Below are positions 57,424-64,000 of a DNA stretch of 64,000 bases, piece after piece. This DNA is from Octopus vulgaris (taxonomy: Eukaryota). How positions within the stretch are numbered: position 1 is the stretch's first letter; every line of letters starts with the position of its first letter. Position numbers and translations under genes: made by a program. A model generated the notes under the pieces. That model searched no databases. It was not told where the DNA came from and worked only from the letters and a program-made list of their open reading frames with translations. The stretch covers positions 22,940,001-23,004,000 of the forward strand of contig OX597832.1 of the NCBI GenBank assembly GCA_951406725.2, written 5' to 3'.

Positions 57424-57845
57424 TTTGTGTTCGACATTTAAAGATGTAGTTGAAATCTTGGCTTAAACTCACTGAAATGCATTTTACGATTTTATTACAG
57501 AACAGAATGTACGCAAGTTGTTTATTTGAAATATATAAATCGATAGATGCTAACAGTGAAATTGCCTTTGCGTGTTTGCATTTACGTGTGTGGTTTCTTG
57601 ACGTGCTAGAAATAGTTACAAAATCATGGCTGTGTGATTAAGTTGTTTGTGTTCGACATTTAAAGATGTAGTTGAAATCTTGGCGCAAACTCACTAAAAT
57701 ACATTCTATAATTTTTTTACTGAGTAAAATACACATAACTAGTTTACTTGAAATAAATTGATCGAGATAAGCTAAAAGATTAACATACTTTTACGTGTGC
57801 GTTTAGGAAGCGTTAACTCGGGTGCTAGAAATAGTAACCAAATTG
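57424..57845 (+). repeat. Local tandem duplication, ~222-bp period
   Basis: tttgtgttcgacatttaaagatgtagttgaaatcttggc identical at 57424 and 57646; gtgctagaaatagt near the end of both units. Confidence 0.85.
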
Positions 57846-58417
57846 CTAGTAGTTGGAGGTGTAGCTGCGCTGGCACTTTGCGATAATTAGAAACAATAAT
57901 TATTTCTAATATAATGGCAGCAAAAGGCAGCAAGCGTCCAGAATCGCTTTTGTGCTCGGCAAAATCCTTAGAAGCATTTCGTCCCTCATCAGGTCCTGAG
58001 TTCAAATTCTACCGAGGACGACATTGCCTTTCATCCATTTGAGAACAAAAAATAAGTACCAGTTGAGTACCGGGGTTGATGCAACGGATTTACCACTCCC
58101 CTGAAATTGCTGGTCCTATTCTGAAATTTAAAATCAATATAAATGTGGCGAGCTGGCTTTACATTTCGAGTTCAAATTCCGCCGAGGTCGAATTTGATCT
58201 CAGCGGAAGCATTTTGTGGTCGATGAAATACGGACTATCGGAGTTTTTGCAATTGACCGGTCCGTTCCCAAAGATTTCAGACATTGTGCCTATAGTAGAA
58301 AGGATTATACACACATACACACACACAAACACACATATAATTCCTCAACACGTATGTTGTTGATAGCCGCTTCAAAGCTTCGACCAGCTGGCTCATATGA
58401 CCCATCGTCGGGCTGCT

Positions 58418-58523
<106 letters not shown>

Positions 58524-58617
58524 GTTGATGACAATAGTAAGACAACAAAAGAAAGAAAGAGACCGCGATATTATGTGACTAGAGGAATTTATCTATAAAT
58601 GTAATATGTGGCAATTA

Positions 58618-58691
58618 TTCGGTAGCCATGATAAAACTCCGAGCAACCAGCCTCGCCATCCGAAACTCGGAGTTTTATCATGGCTACCGAA
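58618..58691. repeat. Perfect 26-bp inverted repeat with 22-nt spacer
   Basis: ttcggtagccatgataaaactccgag / ctcggagttttatcatggctaccgaa. Confidence 0.95.
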
Positions 58692-58717
58692 ATATGTACA
58701 TATATATATATATATAT

Positions 58718-58898
58718 AGCTGAAATTTATAGAAAGACAAAAGACGAAGACAGGTGTATGAACAACAAGCCAGTGTATTGGCTTGGCGCTCGGGAAAAAT
58801 GAAGTTTTTTTAAGTTTCGAGCCTGCGCTCTTCAACAGAATGGACGAGAGAGACAGAGAGAGAGTGTAAAAGACTTGTAGATTTCAGCGGTCCAGCCT
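58718..58898 (-). mobile_element. Family H1 pLTR-like repeat with hammerhead-like motif
   Basis: Minus strand: CTGTTGA-a-GAGC gcag GCTC-GAAAC (58814-58838). Confidence 0.6.
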
Positions 58899-59054
58899 AT
58901 ATATGTTGGATGTGTTGGAATAATGCGTTCAGTGTAATCTACTTCGGAATGATGAAAGTAATTTTTTAAATATAAAATATAAGAATATTTTTAGACGTTA
59001 CCTACCACGAGGAATACTTGCGGGCGCAGCAAATTATTATTCTTGTTGTTGCTA

Positions 59055-59250
59055 AGGCGACGAGCTGGTAGAATCGTTAACACGCTGGAGAAAATGCTTA
59101 GTCGCATCTAGACAGTCTTTACGTTCTGAGTTCAAATTCCTCCTTTCGGGGTCGATAAAATAAGTACTAGTTTCTCACTGGGGTCGATGTATCGATTCAC
59201 GCCCTCCTTCAAAAGTTTCCGCTCTTGTGCCTGTAGTAGAGAGAATTATT
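59055..59250 (+). mobile_element. Family A SINE (deleted variant)
   Basis: aaggcgacgagctggtagaatcgttaacacgc head. Confidence 0.8.
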
Positions 59251-60046
59251 ATTGATTTTACTTTTAGTAACATTAGCAAGAGGAGGAAGAGGGGGAGGGG
59301 CGATGGCGAAGCCGCAGTAGCTATAGAATTAGACAATATAGGATGCTTATATACAATGAAGAAGAATGAGGCATGAGACAAAGCTATTGTATATAAAGAC
59401 GTTAATGAAAGGACAAAATGAGAAGATACTTAAAGAGCAATAATTATAAATATTCAACACATCTGACACTGAGATTAACTTTCCACTCAAGTAGAAAATA
59501 TGACCTTCATCTGCAAAGAACGTTTTCAGAAATACGACAATTCCTTTGCGACATATTCTACCAGAAACGCATAGATTTTAAGTATGTTATAACAATAAAT
59601 ATATATATAAGCGCTACTCATATGTGTAGCTTTATTGTCAGAACAATAGAGTTTATTGCCTCGTTTATTAGCTGTACAACGTTTAACTTAATTACAGATC
59701 TTTTAGTAAAGATATTATTTATTATGTCTTGTAATATTCTTAAATGAGATGTTGTTATTAAGATGGGAATTTCTTATACCAGTAACCGTCTATTTGGAAT
59801 TTATCATTTTATCCTTACCTACATTTCTAACCATTTATTCTTCTGCTTGACTCGGTCACTGGATTGCGACCTTGATGTGATCAGCGCCTAGAAGGGATTG
59901 GTCCCTACAAAGCGACGCAAAACTGTATTGTACCTTTCTGTTTAAGTTTCCTTTTTAAATCTGGTACTTAGTCTTTGCCGGATTATTACGTTACAAGAGT
60001 GTAAACAGTGAGAAACAAATCGAAACACATACATACTCATATGTTA

Positions 60047-60077
<31 letters not shown>

Positions 60078-60139
60078 TGCATATACATGTACATACACCT
60101 ATACACACAAACACACACACACACACACACGCATATATA

Positions 60140-60250
60140 TATATAATATAAATGGCAATTTCTGTCTATCTGTCTGCTCGTTAACATCCCAGTGCCTAAA
60201 TCAGTGAACCAATATCCACGAAACTTCGCACACATGTTATACAGCTAATC
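60140..60250 (+). mobile_element. Probable Helitron 5'-end fragment
   Basis: tataaatggcaatttctgtctatctgtctg..gaaacttcgcacacatg, similar in layout to non-autonomous Helitron 5' ends. Confidence 0.4.
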
Positions 60251-60269
60251 GATCCGGAGTGTGTTATGT

Positions 60270-60690
60270 CATCCAGTTCAACAAAAGAACCTCATGCATG
60301 CTTTTTCGGACCTGCTAAAATATTTGAAATCCCCTCCACATAACCTGACGTAATTCTTCTTTACATTGTGGTTTATCTTGAAGCGTTGCCGTTACTTCTG
60401 TCTCTTTTATGAGGGATTTTATCCTACATCCTACAAGTGGGAAAGCTTTAGGATCTCGACAGTTACAACTGGATGTAGGACCTTGGAGACGTGTACGAAT
60501 TATAATGTACTTCCAACTGGTGTAGCAGCCGTATGATACTTTTATCAAGTGGTTTTAAAAACCTTCCTGTATTTGTGATTATTGAGAAATTCTTAAGAAA
60601 AAGACACAGGATTTTCTTAACTTCGTTACTTCGAATATTGAGGAAAACATATAGTGGGGAGGTGAATCAAATCATTTTTGTAGGTCTACT
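60270..60690 (-). mobile_element. Penelope-like element fragment (RT/GIY-YIG linker)
   Basis: KMI*FTSP (cf. IIWFNPP), IKVSYGC (cf. VKISYSC), CNCRDPKAFPLVGC (cf. CNCR...CPL.G.C). Confidence 0.75.
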
Positions 60691-60849
60691 TTTAAATATG
60701 TTTTATGATTCATATTTTTACTTGAAGAGTTGTAATACATCTTGTCTTTGAAACCGCTGTTAGCTTGAGCTTTATCATTGTAGAAGGCTGCCTTATCAAT
60801 TTTTTCTTTACAAGTACTAAGATTCGATATCGTATTAGTAATTCTAGCT

Positions 60850-61164
60850 GTGAGGGCGCGTGGCTTAGTGGTTAGGGCATTCGGCTCATGATCCTAAGGT
60901 TGTGAGTTCGATTCCCGGCAACGCGTTGTGTCCTTGAGCAAGACACTTTATTTCACGTTGCTCCAGTCCACTCAGCTGGCAAAAATGAGTTGTACCTGTA
61001 TTTCAAAGGGCCAGCCTTGTCACACTCTGAGTCACGCTGAATCTCCTTGCGAACTACGTGTCTGTGGAATGCTCAACCACTTGCACGTTAATTTCATGGG
61101 CAAGCTCTTCCGTTGATCGTATCAGCAGGGACTCTCGTCGTCGTAACCGACGGAGAGCTTCTTC
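60850..61164 (+). mobile_element. Full-length family D SINE with tail Y
   Basis: GGCGCGTGGCTTAGTGGTTAGGG..GAGTTCGATTCCC head, GTGTCCTTGAGCAAGACAC core; 14-bp TSD tagtaattctagct (60836-60849, 61165-61178). Confidence 0.93.
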
Positions 61165-62089
61165 TAGTAATTCTAGCTATCAGGTTTTTCAACACTATAG
61201 CGGGTGACAGGAGATTTTTGTATATGTTTGGCTTATGGTATGGTTTGTAATAATCCAATTTATCTTTTCCTTAAACACTGAGAAAAATTCGCGTGGAATG
61301 TTGATTAGAAGCTTTAAATCTGAGATTGAAATCTTTTCTTAACAACGTCTTAAATACTATCAGTTTAATACTTGGAATGAAACTAAAGACTTTAATCAGG
61401 ATTCACCATGGCTAAAGATAACAACAAAAGGAAAATTGTTATTACGATCAACAATAAACATTATATTGTCTATACTGAAAATTTCACCAAAGCTGTTTTA
61501 TTTATATGAAGTTATTTGAAATATGTTAACACTCCTTTCTTTCACTCTGCTTGTTCATCAATGGCTACGCTTTTTTGGAATTGCAACAATTTGGATAAAA
61601 TTGATTCTGACACCTTATATAAAGTATATACGTAATGTTTAAGCAAACAATAGATCTATAGTTTTCTGCCAAGACAGTGTTTGCAATTTTGTCTGAAAGA
61701 TTCTAGCTGCGCTATAGCAAACAAATTTTGTGTATCGATCTGGCTGTCTTCCAAGAATGCATATGTGTGTGACTTTTTGAGAAACATCGTGAATACGTTT
61801 CGCCAATATCTTACTATAAGCACTTTCCTCTGGTTCTTTCCTCTGACGCAATTATTGCAAATCGTTGTTAAAAGCTTCAGGATTATTTTTTTTGTTTTTG
61901 GTTCTTACTTGTTTCAGTTACTGACAGCCACCATGCTGGGGCACCGACATGAAGGGTTTCTGCCTAATAAACCAACGCCAGTATTTGTTTTTAAGTCTAA
62001 TACTTAAAAAACTTTTGCAGAACTTCTAAGTTACGGAGACATAAACGAACTAATAATACGAAGACAGACACACTCAAATACACGTGTGT

Positions 62090-62140
<51 letters not shown>

Positions 62141-62144
62141 GCAT

Positions 62145-62199
<55 letters not shown>

Positions 62200-62351
62200 T
62201 ATACACAGACATAGAGGACGTAAATAGACTTTAATTTTCAAAATTTCTGATCTAAGCGTCTTAATATGTTTTCAGCGGTGTAGAATTTACAATGTAATTA
62301 TTCTTTTTCATTCCAGGTGCCATTTATATTAAACATTTGCGAAGAGTAACC

Positions 62352-62733
62352 ATGCCACGCACAAACAATTCAGCAGAAATATCAGATTTTCAAAGAGGTC
62401 GTATTGTTGGACAATCTGAGGTTCCTCTTAAGCAGCGAAAAATTGCCGAATGTCTCCAAATTCTTCTTGCTGCTGTTAATAGAATTATACTGCAATTCAA
62501 AAGCCAAGAAAAAGAATCAACAGATTCTCGTCCCGGCCAACCGGGGCTCTCGGAAAGGAAGCTTCGCTGCTTGAAGAGACTTGTGGAAAATGAACCCCGT
62601 TCGAAGGCCTTTTGACATTGCAAAACAGCTAAAAGTTAGTTCAAGAACGTGTGTTACATATCTGCATAAAATTGGGTATTATGGACGAGTAGCTAGAAGA
62701 AAACCTCTCCTTCAACCGATTAATATCAAATAA
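62352..62733 (+). mobile_element. Tc1-like transposase N-terminal fossil
   Basis: MPR..EISDFQRGRIVG..RPGQPGLSER..; after a frameshift, YLHKIGYYGRVARRKPLL. Confidence 0.88.
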
Positions 62734-62804
62734 AAGATATTGAAAATTAAACGTGTCTATTTACTTCGTGCATGCCTGCGTACACACACACACACACACA
62801 CAGG

Positions 62805-62870
<66 letters not shown>

Positions 62871-62988
62871 AGAAGGTGAATGAATTATCCTAGTATGGAT
62901 TATTCGGTTAAGCGATACCTGGGTAGCAAATTCACGTCTGTGGACATCATGTGGGCAGTCATCTAAAAGTTTTTGCTCTTCATGGTGC

Positions 62989-63104
62989 TGACATAAGTTC
63001 CTTGTCTTTCCTGATGAGATGGCGGCATAATGCACCCTTTATTCCTACGGAATTAGGAATATGCAGTCTTCGAAACATGTGTCGAGAGTAAAGGAATTTT
63101 GTTA
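62989..63104 (+). ncRNA. Type-I hammerhead ribozyme with intact catalytic core
   Basis: Stem I aagttccttgtctttc / gagagtaaaggaattt; CTGATGA 63011-63017; extended stem II; GAAAC atgt GTC (GUC at 63081-63083); lies in a ~270-bp unit (62867-63134) bounded by (TA)n. Confidence 0.85.
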
Positions 63105-63449
63105 AAATCGTCGTTCGACTCCATTCTTTCATTTATATATATATATATATATATATAAGTGTGTGAGAAATAGAGAGAGGGAGGGGAGAGAGAGGGAGAG
63201 AGACAGAGAGAGAACAAATAGTGAGGGATCACGATCCGGACAAAACACTTCAAAAGCTCTGTTGTCGGACCAGGCTAACAGTATTACTTCGATTAAGTAA
63301 TATTTTGGTAGGGTCCAAAGTTACCGTTTATCACAATTCTCTATTGTAAACCAGTGGATGGGTTTCAGATAAACTGGTTATTACAGAGCGATATATGCTA
63401 GACAAGCTAAAATAATAGTCATTAGATATAATTCCTCTATTATAAATAA

Positions 63450-63850
63450 CTAGCAGTGTCGCCCGGCGTTGCTCGGGTTTGTAAGGGAAATAATTATATT
63501 AGCATTTTTAGAGAGTTATAGCCAAAAAAAATAGCAAAAAAATATGCATTAAAAATGGGTAAAAAATGATGGTAATTTTTTTTAAATCATTGACTCATCG
63601 TAGACATTTTTAGAGAGTTACTTCCCTTATATAATAGCGAAAAAATGCATTAAAATGGAAAAAAAATGATGGTAAATTATTTTTTAAATCGTAGACTCAT
63701 CGTAGACGCGCGCTAATATCTAGAAGGGCTCGATATGAATCACGACTATAAGATACCCGGATTTGGTTACACTGAACCGCAAAATGTGGGAGTAGTTAGG
63801 AATCTAAATCGTAGGAGACAGACACACAACTTCACTTTTATATATAAAGA
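63450..63850 (-). mobile_element. Complete non-autonomous Helitron (~400 bp)
   Basis: Minus strand A|TCtttatatataaaag...cccgagcaacgccggg hairpin..CTAG|T; no TSD; internal ~100-bp duplication. Confidence 0.88.
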
Positions 63851-63851
63851 T

Positions 63852-63955
63852 TTGGCTTACAGCTGTTTCCAGTAGTGATTATAGATAGGTTTACTCAATT
63901 GGTCTATTGGTCAATTGAAGGGCATAAGAAAATTAATACCTTCGTCAGAGCTAAT
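63852..63955 (-). ncRNA. Type-I hammerhead ribozyme with enlarged branched domain II
   Basis: Minus strand: ttagct-CTGACGA-[~70 nt with ggtat/atgcc and tcaattg/caattga hairpins]-GAAAC agct GTA-agccaa. Confidence 0.65.
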
Positions 63956-64000
63956 GCTGGAAATAACAATCAGAGCGCTTAAATAATGGCTATTGCATAT

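Noticed and set aside
57975-57992. Minus-strand CTGATGAGGGACGAAA
   Set aside because: Lies in a degenerate family-A SINE; no real stem II; chance match.

Overview
AT-rich eukaryotic DNA, very probably octopus (coleoid cephalopod), judged from the tRNA-derived SINE families and dense (TA)n/(CA)n/(GATA)n/(TAA)n microsatellites. No confident host protein-coding gene; the only candidate is a poly-Q terminal exon at 3350-3489 (-). Almost all ORF-track entries are microsatellite artefacts. The window is largely transposon remnants: a young 5'-truncated R4/Dong-clade LINE inserted in (TAA)n, an older Dong fragment, RTE fragments (one with C-terminal C2H2 fingers), CR1-like and I-like fragments, a Penelope-like (PLE) coding fragment, a ~950 bp solo LTR, several mariner/Tc1/maT fossils, two MITEs, non-autonomous Helitrons and at least four SINE families. 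The most notable signal is a set of type-I hammerhead ribozyme motifs from several unrelated short repeats in or near microsatellites. One has a fully intact core and one family shares a non-canonical core. Also seen: locally templated duplications and fold-backs, and a strand-specific C-depleted tract. All calls are by eye; no searches or folding programs were run.
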